This document shows positions 45,875-55,664 of a DNA stretch of 64,000 bases, piece by piece (position 1 is the stretch's first letter; every line of letters starts with the position of its first letter). Both the position numbers and the translations under genes were made by a program. Location of the stretch: the NCBI GenBank assembly GCA_963677595.1, contig OY782041.1, positions 928,001 to 992,000 on the forward strand. Reading direction: 5' to 3'. The notes below the pieces were generated by a model. The model was not told where the DNA came from, did not search any database, and saw only the letters and a program-made list of their open reading frames with translations. Source of the DNA: Spirochaetia bacterium. Lineage in GTDB: Bacteria; Spirochaetota; Spirochaetia; CAKZLE01.

Positions 45875-47179
45875 TTACGCCCTCAGGGCGTCAGCAGGAT
45901 TCATCTTCGCAGCCTTCCTGGCTGAAGAACTAACCGAGAACAGGGTGATCACCGTGATGATCACCGTGACCAGCAGGATCATGGTCCCGACGATATGGAG
46001 CCCGAGGTACCCCCCGTTGAGGAGGAAGGCAAACCGGTTTGCCACCCCGAAGTTGATCAGGTTCACGATGAGGATGATCGCCACTTCAAGGATGATACCG
46101 ATGAAGGCTCCCCGTAAGGCAAGGATCACAGCCTCGAGCAGGAAGAGGCGCTTCACGTCCTTCTGCTTCATGCCGACGGCCCGCATGGTCCCGATCTCCT
46201 TGACCCGTTCGATCATGATCATCCGGAAGGTGTTCATGATGCCGACCATGGTAATCAGGAGGATCACGAGGAAGACTCCCATGGCGATCCCGTTGAGGAT
46301 GCTCACGATCTGGGTGACCGCGTCCATGAAGTCATTCAGTGTCGTTATATCGAAGCGGGTACCCTCCCAGGGCTCCTCATCCCCCTGCTCGAACATCGCC
46401 ATAGGGTTCATAGAGGCCTCGAGCGTCTCCTTCGGCTTCACCGGGGACCCGATGGCCTCGATCTCGGTCCTGATCTGATCCGAGATGGTGTTGATCATCG
46501 TCACGTCCTTCAGGATGAGGTTGAGTGACTGGTACTCAGTCGGGCCGATCCCCACCAGTTCGTTCACGTAGTCGATGTTGGCATAGGTCGAGGTGAACCC
46601 GAAGCCCGTTGTGTCCTTGGTGAGGGCAACGACGGTGAACTCACCGACATTGGCCTGCCCGGTGACGGTCTCGAGGCTGATGAGGACCTCCTCACCGACC
46701 ACGACGCCGAGTTTGGCTGCCATATCCTCCGGGAGGACGAGCGCCTTACGCTCACTCACCCGGTCGAGCGATCCTTCGGTCACGACCAGGGAGTCGACGA
46801 GTTCCGACTCATGTGACCAGTCAATACCGTAGATGACCCCGCTCTCCGAGGCGGAGCGGAAGATCATGGTCCCCCCAAGGGTGGACCGCTTCTGGTAGTC
46901 CGCTATATAGGGTTCGAACTGGGTCAGGACCGTCTCGAGGACATCGGTATCTGTGATCTTATGTACCGACTTGCCGCTCTCCAGCAGCTCCTCTCCGCTG
47001 ATGTATATATGCCCACCAAGGACGGAGGAGAAGTTCTTCTCCGTGTTGGTGATGAGCCCGGAGGTGAGCGAGTTCACCAGCAGGATGATCATCACGCCGA
47101 ATGCGATGGCAGCTGCCAGCAGGTTGCTTCTCCGTTTATGCCTTGATACATTCCTGTATGCTATTTTCAGTATATTCAT
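45875..47179 (-). CDS. FtsX/LolE-like ABC permease
   Basis: IAYRNVSRHKRR, ERVKEIGTMRAVG, PADALR. Confidence 0.92.
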   Translation of the reverse strand: MNILKIAYRNVSRHKRRSNLLAAAIAFGVMIILLVNSLTSGLITNTEKNFSSVLGGHIYISGEELLESGKSVHKITDTDVLETVLTQFEPYIADYQKRSTLGGTMIFRSASESGVIYGIDWSHESELVDSLVVTEGSLDRVSERKALVLPEDMAAKLGVVVGEEVLISLETVTGQANVGEFTVVALTKDTTGFGFTSTYANIDYVNELVGIGPTEYQSLNLILKDVTMINTISDQIRTEIEAIGSPVKPKETLEASMNPMAMFEQGDEEPWEGTRFDITTLNDFMDAVTQIVSILNGIAMGVFLVILLITMVGIMNTFRMIMIERVKEIGTMRAVGMKQKDVKRLFLLEAVILALRGAFIGIILEVAIILIVNLINFGVANRFAFLLNGGYLGLHIVGTMILLVTVIITVITLFSVSSSARKAAKMNPADALRA

Positions 47180-47194
47180 TTCGCTCTTGCTCCC

Positions 47195-48700
47195 CTAACC
47201 GTTCTTGTTCATTGCCTCGAGAGGCGAGATCTTCAGGGCTACCGATACCGGGTAGAGACTGGAGATGACCCCCACGAGTGAGATCATGACCATCGAGAGG
47301 ATGATAGCGCTTCCTGAGATAGCCGGCCTGAAGATCTCCCCGCCAAGGAGGATCTGCAGGAACTGGTTCGTCGCCTCGATCCCGATCGCCCCCATGATGA
47401 GGAGGACGATGACCCCGAGGGCCACCCCGACCAGGCCGAAGAGGATCGTGATGATCAGTGTCTCGATCGAGATCATGGAGCGGACGAAGCTCTTCTTCGC
47501 CCCGATCGCCCGCATGGTACCGATCTCGCCGTAGCGCTCCGATACCGAGATCACGAGGGTGTTCATGATGACGATCACCGCCACGATGGCGATGATGAAG
47601 AGCAGGACGTTGAAGACCACACTCATGGAGTCGGCCATCCTGGCCGACATCCCCGCACCCTTGATCCACTCATAGGCGGTGGCATCGATGCCGTTCTCCT
47701 CGAAGTAGGTGTTGAGGTCCTTCAGCACCCGGTTCGTCTGGTTGTTGTTCTCGAGCTTGACGAGCAGGTAGTTCCAGGCGTTCGGGTCGGTCTCGTTCAC
47801 ATAAGCCCTGCCTGAGGTGTCTCCGAGGATCCCGAGCCAGTCCTCCTCCGTGGTAGCCGCCGTATCGTCTGTCACGAGGGCGTCAGTGACCAGGTCATCG
47901 CCGAAGAGGGAGTCCATATCGCTGGAACCGAAGAGGTCGTCCTCTGCGAGGGTCCCGAGGGAGGACTGCTCCTCTGCAGAGAGGTTCAGGTCCTCGGCGG
48001 TGTTGAGGACCATCCCATTGAGGGTCCGTAAGTTCCCCTCATCGATGAAGCAGATGAAGGAGAGGTCGAAGGAGGCATCCCCGTAGTCGTGGATACCCCG
48101 TACGGTCACCTCACGGATCTTCGTCCCCGTGGTGGAGTTGAGCATGGTCAGCACGATCCGGTCACCGGGTTCGATCTCATCGTCCGCAGACTCGTTGAGC
48201 ATGTCAGCCACGGTGGTGGAGAGGACGATGCCCTCTTCCCCGGGGCTGAGGAACTCACCCCCGGTGATGTTCACCCCGGTGGGGAACATCTGCTGGTAGG
48301 ATTCGCTGTCGACCCCGAAGAGGAGCATGAACCCTTCGCCGAGCTCGCCCCACTTGGCCGAGGCTACGCCGTTGATCTGCCCGGTAGTCGAGACGACCTG
48401 GGGCAGGGACTCCACATACGCTCTCACCGACTGGAAGTCGGGGACCGTCTTCGGCTTCGACTCGAAGAGCTCGTTCGACATGATCAGGGAGACTTCCTCG
48501 AGCTGCGAGGAGGCGATGAAGATATCGCCGGTGTAGTTCTCCACATAGTTCTCTTTGATACCCTTCTTGACGGTATCCATGAAGCTGTTGCCGACCACGA
48601 GGATGGCGATACCCAGGGTGATGAGTATCCCGATGATCAGCGTCTTCGTCTTGTGTTCCTTCAGGTTCCTGAAGGCGATCTTGAACAGTACGCCGTTCAT
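47195..48700 (-). CDS. FtsX/LolC-like ABC permease
   Basis: IAFRNL, ERYGEIGTMRAIG, SPLEAM. Confidence 0.92.
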   Translation of the reverse strand: MNGVLFKIAFRNLKEHKTKTLIIGILITLGIAILVVGNSFMDTVKKGIKENYVENYTGDIFIASSQLEEVSLIMSNELFESKPKTVPDFQSVRAYVESLPQVVSTTGQINGVASAKWGELGEGFMLLFGVDSESYQQMFPTGVNITGGEFLSPGEEGIVLSTTVADMLNESADDEIEPGDRIVLTMLNSTTGTKIREVTVRGIHDYGDASFDLSFICFIDEGNLRTLNGMVLNTAEDLNLSAEEQSSLGTLAEDDLFGSSDMDSLFGDDLVTDALVTDDTAATTEEDWLGILGDTSGRAYVNETDPNAWNYLLVKLENNNQTNRVLKDLNTYFEENGIDATAYEWIKGAGMSARMADSMSVVFNVLLFIIAIVAVIVIMNTLVISVSERYGEIGTMRAIGAKKSFVRSMISIETLIITILFGLVGVALGVIVLLIMGAIGIEATNQFLQILLGGEIFRPAISGSAIILSMVMISLVGVISSLYPVSVALKISPLEAMNKNG

Positions 48701-48703
48701 CCG

Positions 48704-49420
48704 CTACTCCTTCTCCTTCCTGACGTTCTTCACCACGACCCCGTCCCTGAGGCGGATGACGTGGTCAGCGATATCGACGATCGTCTGGTCATGGGTGGAG
48801 AAGATGAACGTGGTGCCCACGTCATTGTTCATCTTCTTCATCAGCTCGATGATCGCCTCGCCGGTCGTCGAGTCAAGGTTGGCAGTCGGTTCGTCCGCGA
48901 GGACGATGTCCGGTTTTGTCACGAGCGCACGGGCAATCGCGACCCGCTGACGCTGCCCGCCGGAGAGCTCATTGGGCTTGTGGGTCCTCCACTGCTCAAG
49001 ACCGACCATCATGATGAGGTAGTCGATCCACTCCTTGCGCTCCTCCTTGCTCCACATGGTGCTCTTGTCGAGCAGCAGCGGGAACTCGATGTTCTCGTAG
49101 ATGTTGAGGACCGGGATCAGGTTGAAGCTCTGGAAGATGAACCCCAGCGTCTGGTGACGCAGCCGGGTGATGTCGTTGTCCTTCATCCCGCTGGTCACGG
49201 TGCCGTTGATCGCCACCGTGCCCTCGGTCGGGGTGTCGATGCACCCGATCATGTTGAGGATGGTTGATTTGCCCGACCCTGACGGCCCGGCTATGGAGAT
49301 GAAGTCCCCTTTCGTGATATCGAAAGAGACGCCCTTTACGGCGTGTACCTCGGTCTTTCCCAGCGGGTAGACCTTGTGTACATCCTTCAGTGATATGATC
49401 ACGTTATTGTTCTCTGCCAT
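48704..49420 (-). CDS. LolD/MacB-like ABC ATP-binding protein
   Basis: GPSGSGKST, LSGGQRQR, LADEPTANLD. Confidence 0.95.
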   Translation of the reverse strand: MAENNNVIISLKDVHKVYPLGKTEVHAVKGVSFDITKGDFISIAGPSGSGKSTILNMIGCIDTPTEGTVAINGTVTSGMKDNDITRLRHQTLGFIFQSFNLIPVLNIYENIEFPLLLDKSTMWSKEERKEWIDYLIMMVGLEQWRTHKPNELSGGQRQRVAIARALVTKPDIVLADEPTANLDSTTGEAIIELMKKMNNDVGTTFIFSTHDQTIVDIADHVIRLRDGVVVKNVRKEKE

Positions 49421-49638
49421 GTTTCTAGTCACTCCTAACTCATTCGCTTTTTATGTACTTGTACCTATACATACCAAGGTACATTACTACAATAGTCATA
49501 ACGCGGGAAGAAAGCCATTGTCAGAGCATGAATATTAGATAACAAATTGTTACGGAGCATGGATGCCCATGCTCCACACACTGTTTATGCTCGTGTTTGC
49601 TCTTTGATACTACACAGTACACCAGATACGCATGAATC

Positions 49639-49690
49639 CTATTTCGCAAAAATGGAAAATCCTTGTTTTTGCGAAATAGCGTAGTATACT
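49639..49690 (+). promoter_or_regulatory. 14-bp perfect inverted repeat overlapping promoter of a probably leaderless ATPase gene
   Basis: ctatttcgcaaaaa-13-tttttgcgaaatag; TATACT -10 lies 6 nt before ATG; no RBS. Confidence 0.65.
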
Positions 49691-49696
49691 TAAGCT

Positions 49697-50890
49697 ATGA
49701 AACTGATAGAACGTACACAGTATATGAGCAGGCTCATCAACACCATCGGGACCCCTGATATCAAGGTCATCACCGGTGTGCGGCGCTGTGGGAAATCGAA
49801 GCTGCTGGAGGCCTTCATCGGGTATGTGGGGGACCATATCAGCGACGCACAGGTGATACATATAAACTTCAACCTGATAGAACATGAACACCTGATGGAA
49901 TACCATGCATTGTCAGACTTCATCAGGGAACAGTATGTACCAGGCAAACGGAACTTCGTATGCATAGATGAGATCCAGATGTGCCAGGGCTTCGAACGGG
50001 CTGTAAACGGGCTTCACGCTTCTGAACAGTATGAGATCTACCTCACAGGTTCCAATGCATTCCTGCTGAGCAGCGACTTGGCTACCCTATTCACCGGCAG
50101 GACGTTGGGCATAGAAGTATTCCCCTTCTCCTTAGGGGAGTTCATGCAGTACTACGCATTGACCGATCCATCTGAAGCCCTCGAGCGCTATATCACAGAA
50201 GGTGGGATGGCAGGCTCCTATCTGTATCAGACACCGCAGGACAGATACCGCTATATCGAGGAGGTGTTCAATACGCTCATCGTGAAGGACATCAAATTCC
50301 GGAACAACCTCAGGAACATGTCGCTGATGGATCGGTTGACTGATTTCCTCATGGACAACATTGGCAACCTCAGCTCATCGAGAAGTATCGCAGGAGCCCT
50401 GACTGCTGGGAGTTTCAAGACGAATGACCGGTCCATCGCCTCATACGTATTCTATCTCTGTCATGCTTTCATCTTCTACAAGCTCAGCCGATATGACATC
50501 CAGGGGAAGAAGTATCTTGCCACACAAGATAAGTACTACCTGGTCGACCACTCCTTCCGGTATGCAGTACTGGGAACAAGGAACATGAATTACGGGAGAA
50601 CCCTCGAGAATATCGTCGCAGTGGAACTGCTTCGAAGGGGGTATGAACTCTATGCAGGTGTGCTGTACAAGAAAGAGATAGACTTCGTCGCCGTGCGGCA
50701 GAGTGAGAAATGCTATATTCAGGTCTCTGATGATATAACGAACAACGATACCTTCAAGCGGGAGTATGAACCCCTGCTCAAGATCAATGATGCATATCCC
50801 AAGATGATCCTTGCCAGGACCCATCATGACAGCTATGACTATGAAGGGATCAGGATCTGGGACATCGGGCGATGGCTGATCTCGGGATGA
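49697..50890 (+). CDS. AAA_14 ATPase with DUF4143-type C-terminus
   Basis: GVRRCGKS, IDEIQ, TGSNA, LENIV, EIDFV...YIQV. Confidence 0.92.
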   Translation: MKLIERTQYMSRLINTIGTPDIKVITGVRRCGKSKLLEAFIGYVGDHISDAQVIHINFNLIEHEHLMEYHALSDFIREQYVPGKRNFVCIDEIQMCQGFERAVNGLHASEQYEIYLTGSNAFLLSSDLATLFTGRTLGIEVFPFSLGEFMQYYALTDPSEALERYITEGGMAGSYLYQTPQDRYRYIEEVFNTLIVKDIKFRNNLRNMSLMDRLTDFLMDNIGNLSSSRSIAGALTAGSFKTNDRSIASYVFYLCHAFIFYKLSRYDIQGKKYLATQDKYYLVDHSFRYAVLGTRNMNYGRTLENIVAVELLRRGYELYAGVLYKKEIDFVAVRQSEKCYIQVSDDITNNDTFKREYEPLLKINDAYPKMILARTHHDSYDYEGIRIWDIGRWLISG

Positions 50891-50954
50891 GCAGCTGAAG
50901 TGCAGCGGATTCTTCTACCGAAGAGATCTATCATCCTTTAGTTTATGCACCTGA

Positions 50955-50982
50955 ATGCACAAACTACCCTTAGTTTGTGCAT
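50955..50982. promoter_or_regulatory. 12-bp perfect inverted repeat upstream of third ATPase
   Basis: atgcacaaacta-ccct-tagtttgtgcat. Confidence 0.5.
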
Positions 50983-51014
50983 CATCGTAATAAATACTGC
51001 AAATGAAGTGACCC

Positions 51015-52373
51015 ATGATGATATTCCCCAGGGCGATCGAGACGTTTCTCAGCGCATGGCGAGATGATCCGTACCGAAAACCGTTGATCCTGCGCGGGGC
51101 AAGACAGACAGGTAAGACGACTGTCATACAGGAATTCGGGAAATCGTTTCCCCAGTTCATCTCCCTGAACCTGGAGAGGCATGAGGACAGGAGGCTGTTC
51201 CTCGAGGAGCGCCCGCTTTCACAGGTAGTTGATGAGATGTTCTTCATACACGATTCGAACAGGGCTGGTACTACCCTTATCTTTATCGATGAGATCCAGC
51301 ACTCTTCCCGGGCTGTATCGCTTCTGCGATACTTCTACGAAGATTATCCCCAATACCATATCATCGCTGCGGGGTCGCTCCTTGAGCAGTCCTTCGATCT
51401 TGAGACCTCAGTCCCTGTAGGCCGTGTACAGTTTGCCTATATACATCCCGTATCATTCGAGGAATTCCTGCTGGCTACTGACGAGAGGGCCGCCCTCGAG
51501 GCATATACCACCATTCCCGTCCCCGATTATGCCCATCAGAGACTGTCGGGACTGTTCCAGCAATACCTGTTCATAGGGGGGATGCCGGAAGCTGTCAGGG
51601 TCTATCTGGAAGGAAGGGACTTAGGTCGGGTCAGTGCCGTACAGAGGGACCTGGTATCCTCCTTCACTGATGATATACTGAAATACACAGGGGTTCGTTC
51701 GATTCATGATGTCCTCGGGCATGTCTTCTCCCAGATCTTCTCCCTCCCCTGTGAACGAATCACCTATAACGGCTTCCAGAACAGCCCCTACGGATCCCGG
51801 CAGGTCAAGCAGGTGTTCACCCACCTGGAGAAAGCCATGCTCTGCCAGGTCATCCATCCCCTGACCAGGACTGAATTCCCCATGATACGGAATCTCAAAA
51901 AAAAACCCAGGCTGCACCTGCTCGATACCGGCCTCTGCTGCAATGCCCTTGGGATCCAGCAGGAACTTTTGTCCCTGCAGGACCTGTCCCAGGCGGCACA
52001 CGGCCGGATAGCCGAACATATCGTCGGCCAGGAATTGAAAGCATCTTCCCCTGACAGCCTTGAGACGATCAACTTCTGGGTCAGGGAAAAGAGCCAATCC
52101 AGTGCAGAGATAGATTACATCCTGCCCCATGGGAATTCACTGGTGCCGATAGAAGTGAAATCAGGGAGCACCGGGACACTGCGGTCACTGTTCCAGTTCA
52201 TGGACCGGGCAGGCCATGCAACAGCACTGAGGATTTATGGCGGCAGGTTCTCGGTGACCGAATTGAACAGCAGGGAAGGGAAACCGTTTAATCTTATAAG
52301 CATTCCCTATTACCATGCAGGGAAGGCGGTGCAGTATATCAGGGAACTCTCGGAGGATCCCCTCGAATACTGA
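51015..52373 (+). CDS. AAA_14 ATPase with DUF4143 and PD-(D/E)xK C-terminus
   Basis: GARQTGKT, IDEIQ, AGSLL, GGMPE, EIDY...PIEVKSG. Confidence 0.92.
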   Translation: MMIFPRAIETFLSAWRDDPYRKPLILRGARQTGKTTVIQEFGKSFPQFISLNLERHEDRRLFLEERPLSQVVDEMFFIHDSNRAGTTLIFIDEIQHSSRAVSLLRYFYEDYPQYHIIAAGSLLEQSFDLETSVPVGRVQFAYIHPVSFEEFLLATDERAALEAYTTIPVPDYAHQRLSGLFQQYLFIGGMPEAVRVYLEGRDLGRVSAVQRDLVSSFTDDILKYTGVRSIHDVLGHVFSQIFSLPCERITYNGFQNSPYGSRQVKQVFTHLEKAMLCQVIHPLTRTEFPMIRNLKKKPRLHLLDTGLCCNALGIQQELLSLQDLSQAAHGRIAEHIVGQELKASSPDSLETINFWVREKSQSSAEIDYILPHGNSLVPIEVKSGSTGTLRSLFQFMDRAGHATALRIYGGRFSVTELNSREGKPFNLISIPYYHAGKAVQYIRELSEDPLEY

Positions 52374-52509
52374 CTGAATATGGAAGGCTTATCTTCAACT
52401 TTTCAAACCAAACGTTCGTAAATATGGTATAGTTTTAGCATCCGGCAGCAGGATTACGGGATGAGCCGAACGAGACTGCCAGGAAAGAGAGCTGGACACA
52501 GCTACGAGG

Positions 52510-54885
52510 GTGGTACGGGTTTTGGGCAGCACAGACAGGAACACAACAGCGAACGTCTCTAGGGTTCTCGCCTCTCCAAGCTTCCGTTCCTCCCTTCCGG
52601 TCCTCGTTACCCTGCTGCTGGCGGTGATCATCGTACTGCTTACCCTGGCAGCGCTCAACAGCACCTATGAGTCCCATATAGAGAAGACTGCAGGGATCTT
52701 GGAACATGAACACCACAACATCCAGAACATCCTCAACACGGCCGTGGTCTACCTGGACCTGATGGAACAGGGGATCACCCATACAGCCCGGTACCATACC
52801 GGGGAGAGCCATGAGGAGCTGGACGACCGAATGCTGCGCTACAGCTCCTTCTATGCGGGGATGGGACCGGACTCCCCGGAGATCAAGGAAGAGCTGATTG
52901 CAGCCCTTGAGATCATCCCGGTCGTGCAGGTCCTCCAGCGTGACGAGCAGTCGATCATCCGGTACAGCTACTTCTCCCCCAACGGGTTCATCGTATCCTA
53001 CCCGGAGGCTGCAGCGTCCGACCTCCCCTCCCCGGACACCTACGGGAAGATCATCGGGAACCTGGCCGATGCCTCGGTATTCAGGCTCGGGGAGGACAAG
53101 GGTATTACCATGCCCTATATGTCTGCCCAGTCACGCATACCGGTCGTCTCCTTCACGCAGCCTGTCACTATCGCCTCTTCCCCCGGGCAGGGCATGCTCG
53201 CCATCGATGTCACCCTGGAATCCCTGCAGGAGATCATCTCTGCACTGCCCGGGGAGGAGCAGGTCGAGACGGTCCTGGTCAGCGAGGAAGGCGAGGTCGC
53301 CTGCACCGCAGGGAACCTCCTCGGGGAGGAGCTGCCGACTCTGCTGCAGGATATAACCCAGGAGCTCTCGGATGCCGGCCCGGGCAATTCGGTGATCCGG
53401 CATGGAGCCTACACGATCATGGTCTCCAGGCTGGATGCAATTCCCTGGGACCTGGTCGCGATCGAGAGGACACGTACGGTCTTCTTCGAGCCGCTCACCT
53501 CCTACCGGTTCTTCCTGCTGATCCTTGCGATGCTCGTCACTGCCGGGGTCATCTATCTCTTCATGCGGCGATCATACCGAGAGGTCGAAGAACTGGCGGC
53601 AGAGATGGAGGTCTCGTTCGACCAGTCACCGTTGTTCCTGGCCAACCTGGACCGGGAGGGCCGGATCATCACGATCAACTCGAGGCTACTCTATTTCCTC
53701 CGTGCGACCAGTGAACAGGCCGTGGGCAGGAGGCTTGATGAGCTTGCCCGGATGCAGCATGTGGAGGGGCTTAAAGAGTTCTTCAGCCAGTCCATAGATA
53801 AAGTCAGGCAGGGAGAGACTGTCCGGGAGATCCTGAGCGGAACCATACCTGAGGATGGCACGGTCCTTCATGTCGACGTGAGACTCTCCCCGGTGCTGAG
53901 GAAGGACGGGAGCCTGCTTCTCATGAGCCTCGCTGCACAGGACGTGACCGAGAACTGGGAGCTGCATGCCGCCCTGGAGCGGGAGTCCCGGCAGGACCAC
54001 CTGACCGGTCTGCTCAACAGGCGCAGCTTCGAGGAGCACCTTGAACGGGAGATGAGCCGCAGCGGGCGTTACAGCATCCCGCTCAGCTTCATCCTCATGG
54101 ACATCGACAAGTTCAAGCTGATCAACGACAACTACGGACATGACTATGGGGACACCGTCCTGGTAATGATCGCGGAACTCATCAGTAAGAATATACGGAA
54201 GGCCGATATAGCGTCACGCTGGGGCGGTGAGGAGTTCATCATCCTGATGCCGGAGACGGACCAGGCAGCTGCAGCCATGACTGCAGAGAAGCTGCGGGTC
54301 CTGACAGAACAGACAGTGTTCCCGAATGATGTTCATATCACGATGAGCTTCGGGGTAGCCCAGTGGATGCAGGTGGAAGAACCACGCACCTGGTTCAAGC
54401 GGGCTGATCATGCCCTCTACCGGGCAAAGCAGTCCGGACGCAACCAGGTCGAAGAGTGCCGCTGGTGCAAGATGATACCGGTGGGAACCACCGGGCTCGA
54501 CTGGAACCCCGTCTATGAGACGGGCAGCCCGATCGTCGATGGGGAACACCGCGAACTGCTCGAGATAGCCTCACGCCTGCTGAAAGACATCGATGACCAC
54601 GCCCATATGGTCAGGGCACGGGATGAGCTCAAGAGTCATATCATCGAGCACTTCGCCCATGAAGAGGAATTGATGGACGAGACCGGCTACCCCGGGAAAG
54701 GGAAGCATGCAGCCATACACCAGCACTTGATAGAGCGCGCACTGCAGATCTTCGAGGAGATCGACAAGGGGTTCTTCGACAACTTCCACCTCTTCCTCAT
54801 AGAAGAGATCGTCCTCGAGCACTTCTTCATCGCAGACAAGCCGTTTGTCGACTTCATGCAGCAGGAAGGTTCCAAGCCGGACTGA
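52510..54885 (+). CDS. Diguanylate cyclase: Cache-like periplasmic domain, PAS, GGDEF, C-terminal hemerythrin
   Basis: 2 TM; RKAD I-site and GGEEF; H..HFAHEE..HAAIH..HFFIAD ligands; start uncertain. Confidence 0.9.
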   Translation: MVRVLGSTDRNTTANVSRVLASPSFRSSLPVLVTLLLAVIIVLLTLAALNSTYESHIEKTAGILEHEHHNIQNILNTAVVYLDLMEQGITHTARYHTGESHEELDDRMLRYSSFYAGMGPDSPEIKEELIAALEIIPVVQVLQRDEQSIIRYSYFSPNGFIVSYPEAAASDLPSPDTYGKIIGNLADASVFRLGEDKGITMPYMSAQSRIPVVSFTQPVTIASSPGQGMLAIDVTLESLQEIISALPGEEQVETVLVSEEGEVACTAGNLLGEELPTLLQDITQELSDAGPGNSVIRHGAYTIMVSRLDAIPWDLVAIERTRTVFFEPLTSYRFFLLILAMLVTAGVIYLFMRRSYREVEELAAEMEVSFDQSPLFLANLDREGRIITINSRLLYFLRATSEQAVGRRLDELARMQHVEGLKEFFSQSIDKVRQGETVREILSGTIPEDGTVLHVDVRLSPVLRKDGSLLLMSLAAQDVTENWELHAALERESRQDHLTGLLNRRSFEEHLEREMSRSGRYSIPLSFILMDIDKFKLINDNYGHDYGDTVLVMIAELISKNIRKADIASRWGGEEFIILMPETDQAAAAMTAEKLRVLTEQTVFPNDVHITMSFGVAQWMQVEEPRTWFKRADHALYRAKQSGRNQVEECRWCKMIPVGTTGLDWNPVYETGSPIVDGEHRELLEIASRLLKDIDDHAHMVRARDELKSHIIEHFAHEEELMDETGYPGKGKHAAIHQHLIERALQIFEEIDKGFFDNFHLFLIEEIVLEHFFIADKPFVDFMQQEGSKPD

Positions 54886-54998
54886 CGGCCTGAGGTTGCC
54901 AGGAAGGATTCCCCTACCGGCCTAGATAGAATTGCCTATTGTACATTTCCCCGTATTTTCCCATCATAGGGGAAACCTGTACCACCTGTGAGGATACT

Positions 54999-55664
54999 AT
55001 GGCACTGCTTCGCTGGATCGACACACACATCACCCTACATGAACACGACAACCCGAAGGAAGAGCGTGCGAACGCGCTGACCCACCTGCTCGGGATCCTG
55101 CTCTCGGCAGCGGCCTTCCTGGCCGTGGTCGTGAACCATGCGTCCTACAGCCGGGCCGGCCTGCTAGGAGCCTTCCTCATCTACACCGGGTCCATGCTGC
55201 TGCTCTACTCGGCATCCACGCTCTACCACCACCTGCCGCGCAACGTGCTGAAGAAGCTCTGCAGGGTCTTCGACCATGCGAACATTTACATCCTCATCGC
55301 GGGGACCTACACCCCGATCCTTACCTTCATCGGGTCGAGTGAGGCGAACTACCTCCTCCTGCTGCAGTGGGGTATCGTCGTGGCCGGGATCATCCTTACC
55401 CTCGCCTTCTGGGGACGGTTCAAGATCCTCCATGTCCTGCTCTATCTGGCCATGGGCTGGTCACTGGTATTCTTCTGGGATGCCGTCATCCCCAACATAC
55501 CGAAGGGACTCCTGGCCTGGGTCCTCGCAGGGGGTATCACCTATACGGCAGGGACAGGCTTCTATGCTGCGAAGAAGCTCCCCTACTACCATGCGGTCTG
55601 GCACCTCTTCGTGCTCGGCGGAAGCATCTGCTTCTATATCGGGTTCATGCGCTACCTGGTCTAA
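54999..55664 (+). CDS. Hemolysin III/PAQR family membrane protein
   Basis: EERANALTH, STLYH, DHANIYILIAGTYTP, HAVWHLFV. Confidence 0.93.
   Translation: MALLRWIDTHITLHEHDNPKEERANALTHLLGILLSAAAFLAVVVNHASYSRAGLLGAFLIYTGSMLLLYSASTLYHHLPRNVLKKLCRVFDHANIYILIAGTYTPILTFIGSSEANYLLLLQWGIVVAGIILTLAFWGRFKILHVLLYLAMGWSLVFFWDAVIPNIPKGLLAWVLAGGITYTAGTGFYAAKKLPYYHAVWHLFVLGGSICFYIGFMRYLV

Noticed and set aside
49554-49575. Hairpin ggagcatgg-atgc-ccatgctcc between divergent genes
   Set aside because: No gene ends here and there is no U tract; function cannot be supported
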